From positions 352,001-416,000 of the forward strand of contig CAWHIJ010000003.1 of the NCBI GenBank assembly GCA_963829525.1: DNA of 64,000 bases, in the 5' to 3' direction. The stretch's first letter is position 1; each line of letters begins with the position of its first letter. Source of the stretch: an uncultured Actinomycetota bacterium (GTDB lineage Bacteria > Actinomycetota > Actinomycetes > JAHEKZ01). The translations under genes and the position numbers were made by a program. A model generated the notes under the pieces. That model was given only the letters and a program-made list of their open reading frames with translations, was not told where the DNA came from and ran no database searches. Positions 1-9,375 of the stretch are shown piece after piece.

Positions 1-130
1 CGCCCTCGAGGTCAATCTGGCTGGCACCGTCGCGATGAAAGATCTCAAGCTCGAAGCCACGCTGCCGCAGTCGTTCGCCCACGTGCCCCGCATCGTCGTC
101 GCCGCTGTTGGCGATCACCAGTGCCCTCAC
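1..130 (-). CDS. 5' part of a probable type 1 glutamine amidotransferase (runs off window edge)
   Basis: Manual translation from GTG at 130: MRALVIANSGDDDAGHVGERLRQRGFELEIFHRDGASQIDLEG; resembles GMP-synthase-like GATase N-termini; directly downstream of the MFS gene. Confidence 0.55.
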   Translation of the reverse strand, partial: MRALVIANSGDDDAGHVGERLRQRGFELEIFHRDGASQIDLEG

Positions 131-140
131 AGCAGGCAGG

Positions 141-1442
141 CTACGGCAGCGGAGCGTCCGACGGCTCGTCAGACGCTGCGTCCGAGGTTGTATCGGCGTC
201 CTCGCTGCCGGCTGACGACCGCAGGTCGATCACCGCGGGCGGCAACGTGCGGATGAGCGCCCACGAGCTGTACGCCACCGGCAGGATCAGGGCGATCGCC
301 ATCGTGGACGTCGTGGGCAGCAGTGACGCCATGGCGCCGGCTGCCAGCGCGCCGAAAGCCTGGATACCCATCAGTCCGGGTTGCACGATCGAGACGAACG
401 GTGCCCGCAACTGCTCGGGCACCATCATCATCGAGCCCGTCATGGTGGGGACGTCTGCGGCGATCGTGACGCCGAACGCAGCGACCGCGAGGAACGCCAA
501 CACAACGGTAGTCATCCCCTGGCCCGAGCCCGCGAGTGCGAAGAACAGTGCGGCAGGGCTCGCCGCCAGAATCGTGATGGTGCACGAGATGCGGAGTAAT
601 CGCGTCGGAGTCCCTTCGCGCGGAACGATGGTGCCGCTAAACGCACCGATCAGCGGTGCGGTGGCAATGAGTGCAGCCATCACCATCGGGTTGATGGCTT
701 CGCTACGCAGGAACACCGGAAGGAGCGCGCTGATCGCGGCGTCGGCAAGTGCCAGCAGCAGGAAGAAGAAGAGCATCTGACGCAGCAGTCCGCGGCGAGA
801 CATCAAAGTGAACGCATTGCGCGTGCGGGTGATCGGGGGTTCTGGCGGCGGAGGCTGCCGCCCGGCTGAGATGCCGAAGAGAAGCACGGCGGAGATCCCG
901 AACGTGGCCGCATTCATGATGAGTGTCGCCTGAGGTCCGATCAGCAGCAGCAGCGCACCACCGGCTGCCAGACCAGCCGCCTGGGCCGTCTGGAAGGTGA
1001 CATTGCTCAGGGCGTAGCCGTCGGCCATCCGGTCCTCGCCGGCGGCCTCGGGGATGATCGCCGTGCGAGCCGCCTCAAAGGGTGGAGAAGCCAGACCGGC
1101 GACGAATGCCAGCGCCAGCAGCGACCACGTCGGCAACGGCAGCGCGATCAGTGCGAAGAGCACCATGCGAATGAGGTCCGAGCCGATCATCATCTTGCGC
1201 AGGGAGTAGCGCTGGGCGATTGGCGTGATGATCGGGCTCAGCAGGTAGGGAAGGTAGGTGACAGCCAGCGTTGCTGCCGTCAGGAACGCAGATCCGCTGC
1301 GGTCGTAGACCAGGACGGCGAGCGCGAATCGAGCTGCCCAGTCGCCAACCTCACTGAGGACCTGCGAGCCCCAGACGCGTCGCATGTCGCGGATTTGTAG
1401 AACGCTGAAGGAGGCAACGAACCGCTGTCGCGCCTGCCCCAT
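141..1442 (-). CDS. MFS transporter
   Basis: 433 aa, about 12 hydrophobic segments; S..GDW.A.FAL and MIGSDLIR motifs typical of DHA3/MFS_3-like exporters. Confidence 0.85.
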   Translation of the reverse strand: MGQARQRFVASFSVLQIRDMRRVWGSQVLSEVGDWAARFALAVLVYDRSGSAFLTAATLAVTYLPYLLSPIITPIAQRYSLRKMMIGSDLIRMVLFALIALPLPTWSLLALAFVAGLASPPFEAARTAIIPEAAGEDRMADGYALSNVTFQTAQAAGLAAGGALLLLIGPQATLIMNAATFGISAVLLFGISAGRQPPPPEPPITRTRNAFTLMSRRGLLRQMLFFFLLLALADAAISALLPVFLRSEAINPMVMAALIATAPLIGAFSGTIVPREGTPTRLLRISCTITILAASPAALFFALAGSGQGMTTVVLAFLAVAAFGVTIAADVPTMTGSMMMVPEQLRAPFVSIVQPGLMGIQAFGALAAGAMASLLPTTSTMAIALILPVAYSSWALIRTLPPAVIDLRSSAGSEDADTTSDAASDEPSDAPLP

Positions 1443-1636
1443 CTGACCCCCTCAGGTCCTGGCTACCCCGCCGCGTATATGACCACAAATGAGGGGCGTG
1501 GGTGGCCAGATCGCCAGTTGCTACGCCTATTCGGCCTGTCCGGCTTACTCAGCTGCTCTCTCCGCGGTTGGCGCTGCGACGGTGAAAGCAGCGGGGCGCG
1601 GTGCCGTTTGTTACCCATATGGGCTTATTGCCCCTG

Positions 1637-1656
1637 TGCTCCACAGGTTGTCCACA
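1637..1656 (+). promoter_or_regulatory. Tandem DnaA-box-like sites
   Basis: TTGTCCACA at 1648-1656 (actinomycete consensus) preceded by TGCTCCACA at 1637-1645; intergenic. Confidence 0.45.
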
Positions 1657-1725
1657 GACTTTGGACAAAACGGACACGCTGTGCGCTTGCCCCCTCACCT
1701 TCTGTCACGACGGTGGCTCGGTCGC

Positions 1726-2403
1726 TTAGGGCAGTCGCCAGCCGATCGGGTCGGCACCCTGGGCGGTTAGAGCGGCGTTCACCCGGCTAAAGGGGCGAGA
1801 TCCGAAGAAGCCACGCGATGCAGAGAGCGGGCTCGGGTGGGTGCTGACGATCTGCGGGACGTCACCCAACACGGGCGCGAGACTCTGCGCGTCTCGTCCC
1901 CAGAGGACGGCGACCAGCGGGCCGCCACGCTCGGCCAGCGCCTTCATGGCTGCTTCGGTCACTTGCTCCCAGCCCTTCCCGCGGTGAGACGCAGGCGTTC
2001 CCGGCTGCACTGTGAGCACCCGGTTAAGCAGCATGACCCCGCGATCGGTCCAGGGGGAGAGATCGCCGGTGGTGGGACGGGGCACGCCAAGGTCGTCTGT
2101 GAGCTCGGTGAAGATGTTGGTCAGGCTCTTCGGAAGCGGCCGCACCTCGGGAGCGACCGAGAACGAGAGCCCTACCGGGTGGCCGGGCGTCGGATACGGA
2201 TCCTGCCCGACGATGAGCACGCGGACGGCGTCCAACGGCGTCTGGAAGGCTCGCAGCACGTTCTCGCCAGTAGGAAGGTATCCGCGTCCAGCCGCGACTT
2301 CTGTGCGCAGGAACTCGCCGATCCGCGCGATGGTCGTGGCCTGAGGTTCGAGGGCCGGCAACCACGACGGGTCGACGAGCTCGGCGAGCGGGCGAGGGGC
2401 CAT
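1726..2403 (-). CDS. ung: Uracil-DNA glycosylase (family 1)
   Basis: GQDPY, GLSFSV, LLLN-like (VMLLN) and HPSPLS motifs; start moved to ATG 2403 ([10 protein letters not shown]). Confidence 0.95.
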   Translation of the reverse strand: MAPRPLAELVDPSWLPALEPQATTIARIGEFLRTEVAAGRGYLPTGENVLRAFQTPLDAVRVLIVGQDPYPTPGHPVGLSFSVAPEVRPLPKSLTNIFTELTDDLGVPRPTTGDLSPWTDRGVMLLNRVLTVQPGTPASHRGKGWEQVTEAAMKALAERGGPLVAVLWGRDAQSLAPVLGDVPQIVSTHPSPLSASRGFFGSRPFSRVNAALTAQGADPIGWRLP

Positions 2404-2446
2404 GGGGGATGAGCGTAGAGGCGTCCGCCCAGCTACGGTGACCGGC

Positions 2447-2902
2447 GTGACTTTCACGCTCGAGCATGTGCGCTACGACTCGCCCGACGCGCACATGCTG
2501 ATCGAGGAGCTGCAGGAGGAGTACGTCATCCGCTACGGAGGCCGCGACGAGACCCCTGTTGATCCTGACGACTTCGCTGCTCCCAAGGGCACTTTCCTTC
2601 TCGCGTACCGCGACGCCCAGCTCGTCGGTTGCGCGGGTATGCGGCGAAGGTCCGACGAGGACGTCGAGGTGAAGCGGATGTTCATCCGCCGTCCCTACCG
2701 TGGGCGTGGATACTCGCGTGACCTGCTAGCTCTCGTCGAGGACGAGGCCCGCACCATGGGGTTCACCCGGATCCTGATGGAGAGCGGGCTGGCCCAGCCT
2801 GAGGCGATGGGGCTCTACGAGACCAGCGGCTACGAGCGGATCCCCGGCTTCGGCCACTACCGCAACGAGCCGCAGAACCGCTGCTACGCCAAGGAGTTAT
2901 GA
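2447..2902 (+). CDS. GNAT family N-acetyltransferase
   Basis: EVKRMF..RGRG and E.G..QPEA..LYE..GY motifs; probable leaderless GTG start after TACGGT. Confidence 0.85.
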   Translation: MTFTLEHVRYDSPDAHMLIEELQEEYVIRYGGRDETPVDPDDFAAPKGTFLLAYRDAQLVGCAGMRRRSDEDVEVKRMFIRRPYRGRGYSRDLLALVEDEARTMGFTRILMESGLAQPEAMGLYETSGYERIPGFGHYRNEPQNRCYAKEL

Positions 2903-2920
2903 CGTGGACGGGGCGCTGGG

Positions 2921-3005
2921 CGGAGGGTGAGGGATTTGAACCCCCGGATGCTTTCGCATCGCTCGCTTTCAAGGCGAGTGCAATCGGCCGCTCTGCCAAC
3001 CCTCC
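2921..3005 (-). tRNA. tRNA-Ser(TGA)
   Basis: Reverse complement folds as a cloverleaf: acceptor GGAGGGT/ACCCTCC, anticodon arm CTCGC-CTTGAAA-GCGAG, long variable arm, GTTCAAATC T-loop. Confidence 0.95.
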
Positions 3006-3081
3006 CGGGGTGGTCATTCTGCCGTACCCGGGAACGCAGATCACAACGTGTTGGCTCTCTGGGGTCATCCCCCCAGCCAAC

Positions 3082-4056
3082 TCACACGTTGTGAGGCGCA
3101 AAGTCGGCGGCGAGCCGCTCGAACCCCTCGGCAAGTGAGACGGCGGGCGTCCACTGCAGACGCTCATGGGTGCGGCGCTGGTCGAACCAGTGCGCGGTCG
3201 ACAGCTGCTCGGCCAGGAACCGGGTCATGGGGGGTTCCCCCTCGCGGCCGGTGGCCGCCCACGCCCGCTCGACAATCGCACCGGCTCCGGTCGCCACGGC
3301 GCGCGACACCGAACGAGTCGGTTCGGCAACGCCTGCCGCCCTGCAGATGCGGGTGAGCAGCTCCGCGACCGTCCTCGGCTCACCGTTGGTCACGACGAAG
3401 GCCTCGCCGCTGATGTCGCCAACACGGTCAAGGGCAGCCACCAGAGCGTCTGCGGCGTTGTCGAGGTAGGTCGTATCGATGAGCGCGCTACCACCGTTGA
3501 TCAGCACGAGACGCCCGGACGCCGCCCGCTCCACAATGCGACCCACCAGCTGGGTGTCGCCAGGACCCCAGACCAAGTGCGGTCGTACAGCCACCGCCGC
3601 CAGCGAGTCGTCGACGGCGCCGAGCACCAGCTGCTCGGCCATCGCCTTGCTGCGCGCGTAATGACCGTGAGCGCGATCAGGGTCGGCGGGGTCGGCGTCT
3701 GCAGCGACGAGCGGCTCGCCGAAGTGGGCCACGGACGGGGACGAGACATGAACCAGCCGCGGAACGTTGTGCGCGCGAACGGAGTCCAGCACGTTCTGCG
3801 TCCCGCCGACGTTGACCGACTCGAACTCGTCCCAGTCGCCGACGACGGACACGCGAGCCGCGAGGTGCACAACGGCGTCCGCACCGACAACAGCAGAGGA
3901 AACGGTGTCCGCGTGACGGATGTCTCCGCGCACCTGGCGCCAAGGGCCTGTGGCCTCGCCCCGCTGCATCGTGACGACGTCGTCCCCACGCTCGTGCAAC
4001 AGTTGCGCGACGGCTGCACCAAGCAGACTGGTGCCGCCGGTGACGAGCACCCTCAC
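3082..4056 (-). CDS. oleD: NAD(P)-dependent reductase, OleD-like (2-alkyl-3-oxoalkanoate reductase)
   Basis: Extended SDR (VTGG, HLAA, YARSK, RPHLVWGPGD); translationally coupled downstream of oleBC. Confidence 0.8.
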   Translation of the reverse strand: MRVLVTGGTSLLGAAVAQLLHERGDDVVTMQRGEATGPWRQVRGDIRHADTVSSAVVGADAVVHLAARVSVVGDWDEFESVNVGGTQNVLDSVRAHNVPRLVHVSSPSVAHFGEPLVAADADPADPDRAHGHYARSKAMAEQLVLGAVDDSLAAVAVRPHLVWGPGDTQLVGRIVERAASGRLVLINGGSALIDTTYLDNAADALVAALDRVGDISGEAFVVTNGEPRTVAELLTRICRAAGVAEPTRSVSRAVATGAGAIVERAWAATGREGEPPMTRFLAEQLSTAHWFDQRRTHERLQWTPAVSLAEGFERLAADFAPHNV

Positions 4057-6623
4057 GAGCCGGCTCCACCGCCGGCGAGCACCTCGGCGGCCATGGCGGA
4101 GACCTCGAGCCGGTCGATCTTTGAGTTGTGTCGGATGTCGACCGGCAGCTCGTCCACCACAAGTGCCGCGGCGAAGTCGACTCCTGCCGCGAGTCGCAGC
4201 GTGTCAACTAGATCGATGGATGCGACACCCTCGGTCTGCTGCGGCGCTTCAACAACTGCGACGACCACTTGACGACCGGGGGGCCCTACCCCGACGACGG
4301 CAGCAAGAGCAACGGCGTCAAGCCGCTCGAGCCGTTGCTCAGGACCCACGGGCGTCACGACGCCCGCTGGTGTCGTTATCACGTGAGCGATGCGTCCTTC
4401 AACCCAGAGTCGGCCGTCGACATCGAGGTGGCCGATGTCGCCGGTGCGGTGCCACCCGTGATCGCGCGCGCTGTCGCGCTGGGTGGCCCAGAGCTGGTCG
4501 TAGTGGTCCTTGACGTGTGGTCCACGTACGCAGATCTCGCCACTGACGTCGGGGGTGTCGGTCAGGGGCCCGGTCGGTGCACCGGACTGATCGAGCGGGC
4601 TGATCGCCACCTGCACCCCGGTGACCGGATGGCCGACTAGCACCCCGTTGCCCCGTCCACCGACTTCGAGTTCTGCGAGGGTGACGTCAGCGACGGGTAG
4701 CGCCTCGGTCATGCCGTAAGGCGTGTGCGCCTCGCAACCCCCCAGCAAATTGGACGCCGCGCGCAGCGTCTCGCGCGATACAGGCGCTCCGGCCGACAAC
4801 AGGAGACGTACGCGGGCGCATCGTGCGCGCTGAGCAGGATCGAGCGTGGACGCAGTGCGCACGATGTTGCGCAGGGCAGCGGGTGCCGCGAAGACGAGAG
4901 AGGCGTCAATGGCAGCGATCGCGTTCGCGAGCGCATTCGAGGTGAGGGTGCCTGGCTTCGTGACGTCCATGTCGGGAACGGCCGATGCAATGCCGAGCGC
5001 TGGTCCGAAGAGCGCGAACGGCGCGAAGGCGGCGACCAGACGGTCACCGGGGCGGATGCCGAACGTGGCACGCACGATGTCACGTTGAGCCTCAAGCTGG
5101 GCGTGGCGATACACGACGCCCTTGGCCGGCCCCGTCGCACCGGAGGTGAAGAGCACCGCAGCCTGGGCCGTGACCGGTGGCGTGGACGACGTCGGCAGCT
5201 GGCGCCCGATCTGGGCCAGCTCGACGACGGTGTAGTCGACACCGAGGGCGCGGCGCAGGCCAGGGCCGAATCCGCCGACGGAGATGAACGTGCCGCGTAG
5301 CCCCATCCCCTTGGCAGCGCTCAAACCGCGTGCGACACCGATCACGTGCTGAACGCCCGCGCCGCGCAGGGCACGACGTAGGCCAGGGAGCCCGAGCCCG
5401 GCATCGGCGATGACCGGTACGGCTCCGGCACGCCAGGTGGCGTAGAGAACTGCGGTGAGATCAGCGCCAGGGGGAACGAGCAACGCCACCCGGTCCGCAG
5501 GTCGTACGCCGACGGCGGTCAGCCCCGCTGAGACGTCCCGAACGGTGGCCGCCAGCTGCTTCCAGGTGATGGTTCTGGCCGGCCCGCGACGGCCCATCTC
5601 GATGACGGCGACGGCGTTGTCGCCCGCGCGTCCCTCCAGCGCCGACCAGAGTGTGCGGCGTTCAGGCCCGGTTGTGGGTAGCAGCGGAGGGTGCGTGCGC
5701 AGCTCGCGCGTGCGACCAGCTGTGAGATCGTCGGCAAAACGCCGGACGGTGGCGGCAACGGGGGCATCTTCGATGACGAGGTGGCCGGCGCCCTCGAAGC
5801 GATGCGTCTGAGCCTGGGGCAACCGCCGTTGCAGGTCGCGAAGGTAGCGGTCAGCGAAGACCGGGTCGCGGGGACCCCAGAGCAGCAGCGTCGGGATGTC
5901 TCGAAGCACCGGCAGTCCTTCGGCCACCTCCTCAAGCGTCTCGCCGCTCGGGTGGTTGGCCTCAAGAGGAATGTCGGCGACGAAGTCGGCGATCGACTGC
6001 CGACTTGCAGCCGACCGGTAGGGAGCGCGGTAGGCGTCGGCAACGCCTCGAGGCAGAGCGGGATGCGCCAACCGGAGCGTGCCGTCGAGGAAGGTGCGGG
6101 TTCGCTGGGTCACGGTACGCAGCAGCCCACCTGCGCGAGCGGCGGAGATCAGTGGCGGGATGTGCGCACCGTCAGGCTGGCTGACGGCGGTGTTGAGCAG
6201 CACGATTCCGGACACGAGCTCGCGGTGCCGTTGCGACCAGCCGAGGGAGATCGGGCCACCCCAGTCGTGCGCAACGACGAGCACCGGCGCAGTGACGTCG
6301 AGTGTGTCCGTCAGTGAACCGAGCTGGTCTATTCGGTCGGCGAGTGTGTGGACTTCGCCGGTTCGTTCGCTGAAGCCCATACCGAGATGGTCGGGGGCGA
6401 TCACCCGCCAGCTGTCCGACAGCTCAGCGACCAGCGACCGAAAGGTGTACGACCACGTGGGGTTCCCATGCACACACAGCACGGTGCCCACTGGGTCAGC
6501 TGGGGCAGCGTCGAGGACGTGCCACTCGTGTTGGATGCCGCGGCTGTCTGGCGCCGTGACGATCTTTGACCATTGCGGATCGAGACCCGGAAGGTCGGAG
6601 GGAGGGAGAGACGCGCCGGTCAC
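4053..6623 (-). CDS. oleBC: OleBC fusion (alpha/beta-hydrolase beta-lactone decarboxylase + AMP-dependent beta-lactone synthetase)
   Basis: N-terminal HGNPTWS and HDWGG; C-terminal FTSGATGPAKG, YGMTE and HRTGD adenylation motifs; lies between oleA and oleD. Confidence 0.85.
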   Translation of the reverse strand: MTGASLPPSDLPGLDPQWSKIVTAPDSRGIQHEWHVLDAAPADPVGTVLCVHGNPTWSYTFRSLVAELSDSWRVIAPDHLGMGFSERTGEVHTLADRIDQLGSLTDTLDVTAPVLVVAHDWGGPISLGWSQRHRELVSGIVLLNTAVSQPDGAHIPPLISAARAGGLLRTVTQRTRTFLDGTLRLAHPALPRGVADAYRAPYRSAASRQSIADFVADIPLEANHPSGETLEEVAEGLPVLRDIPTLLLWGPRDPVFADRYLRDLQRRLPQAQTHRFEGAGHLVIEDAPVAATVRRFADDLTAGRTRELRTHPPLLPTTGPERRTLWSALEGRAGDNAVAVIEMGRRGPARTITWKQLAATVRDVSAGLTAVGVRPADRVALLVPPGADLTAVLYATWRAGAVPVIADAGLGLPGLRRALRGAGVQHVIGVARGLSAAKGMGLRGTFISVGGFGPGLRRALGVDYTVVELAQIGRQLPTSSTPPVTAQAAVLFTSGATGPAKGVVYRHAQLEAQRDIVRATFGIRPGDRLVAAFAPFALFGPALGIASAVPDMDVTKPGTLTSNALANAIAAIDASLVFAAPAALRNIVRTASTLDPAQRARCARVRLLLSAGAPVSRETLRAASNLLGGCEAHTPYGMTEALPVADVTLAELEVGGRGNGVLVGHPVTGVQVAISPLDQSGAPTGPLTDTPDVSGEICVRGPHVKDHYDQLWATQRDSARDHGWHRTGDIGHLDVDGRLWVEGRIAHVITTPAGVVTPVGPEQRLERLDAVALAAVVGVGPPGRQVVVAVVEAPQQTEGVASIDLVDTLRLAAGVDFAAALVVDELPVDIRHNSKIDRLEVSAMAAEVLAGGGAGS

Positions 6624-7639
6624 CAGACGATTTCGCAGAAGGCGGTGTTCAGACCCGAACCGATGCCCATGCAGAGCACGCGGTCACCTGGCATGAGGTT
6701 GTCGACCTCGTGAGCGAGGGTGAAGGGCACGGACGCAGGACCGATGTTGCCGAAGAACGGGAACGACAGCGGCACCTTCTTCTGGTCGATGCCGAGCCGC
6801 TCACAGAGCGCGCTGGTATGCACTCGGGAGACCTGGTGGATGATGAACCGGTCGGCGTCCGACCAGTCGAAGTCGCCCGTCTTCCAGGCGGCCTCGGCAA
6901 GATCGAGGCCGGCGTCCATGAGGCCTCGGGCGTCGGTGTGCATCTGCTCCATGTCGCCGACGCAGAGGCCGTGGTGTTCGGTGCCGGCCCGGGACACCCC
7001 ACCTATGACGCGGTGACCCTCGCTGTGAAGGTCGCTACGGCCAAGCACCATCGCCGCTGCACCCGACCCCAGCGTCAAGGTGGCGAACTCGCTGAAGAAG
7101 TCGGCCGTTGTTGCCATCGGCGAGCAGAGTCGGCGGATGGTGTTCTCCTGGACCTTCTGCGCGTCCTCACCGTTGACGATGAGGGCGTAGTCGATGTGTC
7201 CGGCGTCGATCATCGTGGCGGCTATATGAATGCCATTGACAAAACCGAGGCAGGCGTTGGCCAGGTCGAAGTTCATCGCTGAGGGCGGCAGCCCGAGCTT
7301 GTGGTGGATCCCGACGGCCGTCGACGGTTCGAGGAAGGCCCTCGACACCGATGAGTTGATCATGAGGCCGATCTGGGATGGGTCGACGCCGGCCTGCGCG
7401 ATCGCCTTGGCGCCGGCCATGGCGGCACCGTCGGCGAAGTTCATGCCCTCGGGCCACCATCGGCGCTCATGGATGCCAGCGAGCCCTTCAAGCAGCCCAG
7501 GGCGGGCGCCAAGGCGCTCGTAGGCAGGAGCCAGCTGCTCGTCGAGCTCGGTGGAGGTGACCACGACTGGGGCTTCGATCGCCACGACCGACAGCACTGA
7601 CGTGCGGGAGTGGCGGAAGGTTGAGTTGCCGTCCATCAA
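6620..7639 (-). CDS. oleA: OleA thiolase-fold acyl-CoA condensing enzyme (KAS III-like)
   Basis: EPSTA, NACLGF (catalytic Cys), HQVS, GNIGPASVP, GIGSGLN motifs. Confidence 0.88.
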   Translation of the reverse strand: MMDGNSTFRHSRTSVLSVVAIEAPVVVTSTELDEQLAPAYERLGARPGLLEGLAGIHERRWWPEGMNFADGAAMAGAKAIAQAGVDPSQIGLMINSSVSRAFLEPSTAVGIHHKLGLPPSAMNFDLANACLGFVNGIHIAATMIDAGHIDYALIVNGEDAQKVQENTIRRLCSPMATTADFFSEFATLTLGSGAAAMVLGRSDLHSEGHRVIGGVSRAGTEHHGLCVGDMEQMHTDARGLMDAGLDLAEAAWKTGDFDWSDADRFIIHQVSRVHTSALCERLGIDQKKVPLSFPFFGNIGPASVPFTLAHEVDNLMPGDRVLCMGIGSGLNTAFCEIVW

Positions 7640-7700
7640 TTCCTCTCTGGGTAACCGCGAAAGTGTCCCATGAGGGGTAGTGATGGTCCGAACTCAGGGC

Positions 7701-9158
7701 TCAGAGGTTGATGACAGCCGCAGCGCCGTGCCGCCTGTGGTCGCCGGTGGCCTCCAGGCGACCATCGGGATGCCGCATCACCGCATTGACGCCGCCGAAG
7801 TACATGCTGCCGCGGCTCCAGCGATTGACTGGGCCCAGCGGTGCCAGGTCAGCGGCGACCCCCTCGGCCACGTCTGGCTCGAGCTGGCTGGTCGTGCCAT
7901 CGAAGTGCACCCGTGGTGCGGCGACCGCCTCGGCAAGGGGGAGGCCGGCCACCAGGTGTGTGACCGTCTGCAACAACGCGCTGCGGATGCGCTCGCTGCC
8001 ACCACTGCCGATCGCCACTACTGACCCGTCAGCGAGATCGAGAAGGCTGGGCGCCATCATTGACGCGACCCGGGTGCCGGGCTCGGCGTCATGGAAGCCA
8101 TCGGGATGCAGGTCCGCCTCGCCCAGCATGTTGTTCAGCTGGACGCCGGTTCCGGGGACGAGGACTCCTGAACACGAGCCGTTGGACGTCGTCATCGAGG
8201 CGACCATTCCGTCGGCGTCGATCACGCTGACGTGCGTCGTGCCCTTGGACGAGCTGGCGACGTTGCGCCGGGTCTTCTGCGCCTCGGTCGCAAGGTGCAG
8301 TGCTTCCACCAGATCCCGGGGTCTCGGACGTGAGTCACGCTCGTCACCGTCGAGTTCGCGCAGAGCGGCGCAGACGATCGAACCGCCAAACGAAGGTGGT
8401 GGGTTCGTCGTCAGCCGGGCTCCCCGGTAGTCGACGTGATGCGGCGCGCGGGCCTGCACGCGGTAGGACGCGAGGTCGTCATGGGTGAGGAGGCCATCGC
8501 TGGCGCGCATCCGGCTCAACAGTTCCTGCGTCTGGGGGATCTGGACCCAGCTCTCCGGATCGAGGCGTCCGAGCTGGTCGAGGAACCTTGCGTACTCAGA
8601 ATTGGCGAAGCGGTCACCGGCAAGGCGGGGTCGGCCTTCGGGAAGAAAGAGGTGGGCCGCGTCTGGGCTGAGGGCAAAGATGGCGCGCAGCAGCTGCAGC
8701 ACTTCGGCCTGGGTGGAACTGAGCACGGCACCCTGTCTAGCCAGGTTGCCGGCTGGCGCCACCACCTGTGAAAGGGGAATCCTGCCGAGCCTGCGGTGGG
8801 CAGCGAGGTAGCCACTGAGAACGCCGGGTACAGCCACAGATCCGAACCCTGCGTGAAATGTCTGCTCGGCGTCAGAGAAGACGACTGTGACGGGGGTGAA
8901 GTGGGGGGTCAGCTCTCCAGGTGGGAGGCCTTGCCCCGGGACGTCGACGAAGAAGTCCAACAGCTCGGTTTCGCCGGTGGGGCGCCGGGTGAGCAAGAAG
9001 CCACCACCGCCCAGGCTGGTAAGTCCTGGTTCTGCCACGGCGGCGGCGAACCCGGCCCCAAGTGCGGCGTCCACGGCGTTCCCCCCAGCACGAAGCACGG
9101 CGACTGCCGCCCCGACGGTCTGCCGGTCACCCGCGGCAACGGCCGCCTGCCCACCCAT
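7701..9158 (-). CDS. ggt: Gamma-glutamyltransferase family protein
   Basis: GGNAVDAA, GGGGF, TTHVSVID.DG (nucleophile Thr), NNMLGE, SMMAP, GSGGS motifs. Confidence 0.88.
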   Translation of the reverse strand: MGGQAAVAAGDRQTVGAAVAVLRAGGNAVDAALGAGFAAAVAEPGLTSLGGGGFLLTRRPTGETELLDFFVDVPGQGLPPGELTPHFTPVTVVFSDAEQTFHAGFGSVAVPGVLSGYLAAHRRLGRIPLSQVVAPAGNLARQGAVLSSTQAEVLQLLRAIFALSPDAAHLFLPEGRPRLAGDRFANSEYARFLDQLGRLDPESWVQIPQTQELLSRMRASDGLLTHDDLASYRVQARAPHHVDYRGARLTTNPPPSFGGSIVCAALRELDGDERDSRPRPRDLVEALHLATEAQKTRRNVASSSKGTTHVSVIDADGMVASMTTSNGSCSGVLVPGTGVQLNNMLGEADLHPDGFHDAEPGTRVASMMAPSLLDLADGSVVAIGSGGSERIRSALLQTVTHLVAGLPLAEAVAAPRVHFDGTTSQLEPDVAEGVAADLAPLGPVNRWSRGSMYFGGVNAVMRHPDGRLEATGDHRRHGAAAVINL

Positions 9159-9238
9159 AGGCCGGAGAGTAACCACCGGCCTCGCCGTTACACACTGTCA
9201 CCCGTTCGGCCCGCCGCAGAGTGACTAATCCGGACGGA

Positions 9239-9266
9239 TCAAGAAAGGTCCAGTGGCTGCCGACAC
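9239..9266 (+). promoter_or_regulatory. Sigma28 (FliA/WhiG)-type promoter upstream of the MCP gene
   Basis: TCAAG (9239-9243) - N15 - GCCGACAC (9259-9266), matching the TAAA-N15-GCCGATAA architecture, 110 bp before the MCP ATG. Confidence 0.55.
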
Positions 9267-9375
9267 AACTGATGTCTCGCCCGGATCGCTCGCGGGTGCG
9301 CCCTGTTTGGGGTGCGCTCGATTGAGTTGCTCGGGACGCGATGGCCGGGGGCGTTTCGACAGGCGGAAAGGCGCA

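Noticed and set aside
2921-3005. tRNA-Ser(TGA) or tRNA-Ser(GCT) as integration sites
   Set aside because: No duplicated 3' fragments of either were seen in the window
5700-6623. Haloalkane dehalogenase
   Set aside because: Fusion to an adenylation domain and position between oleA and oleD indicate OleB
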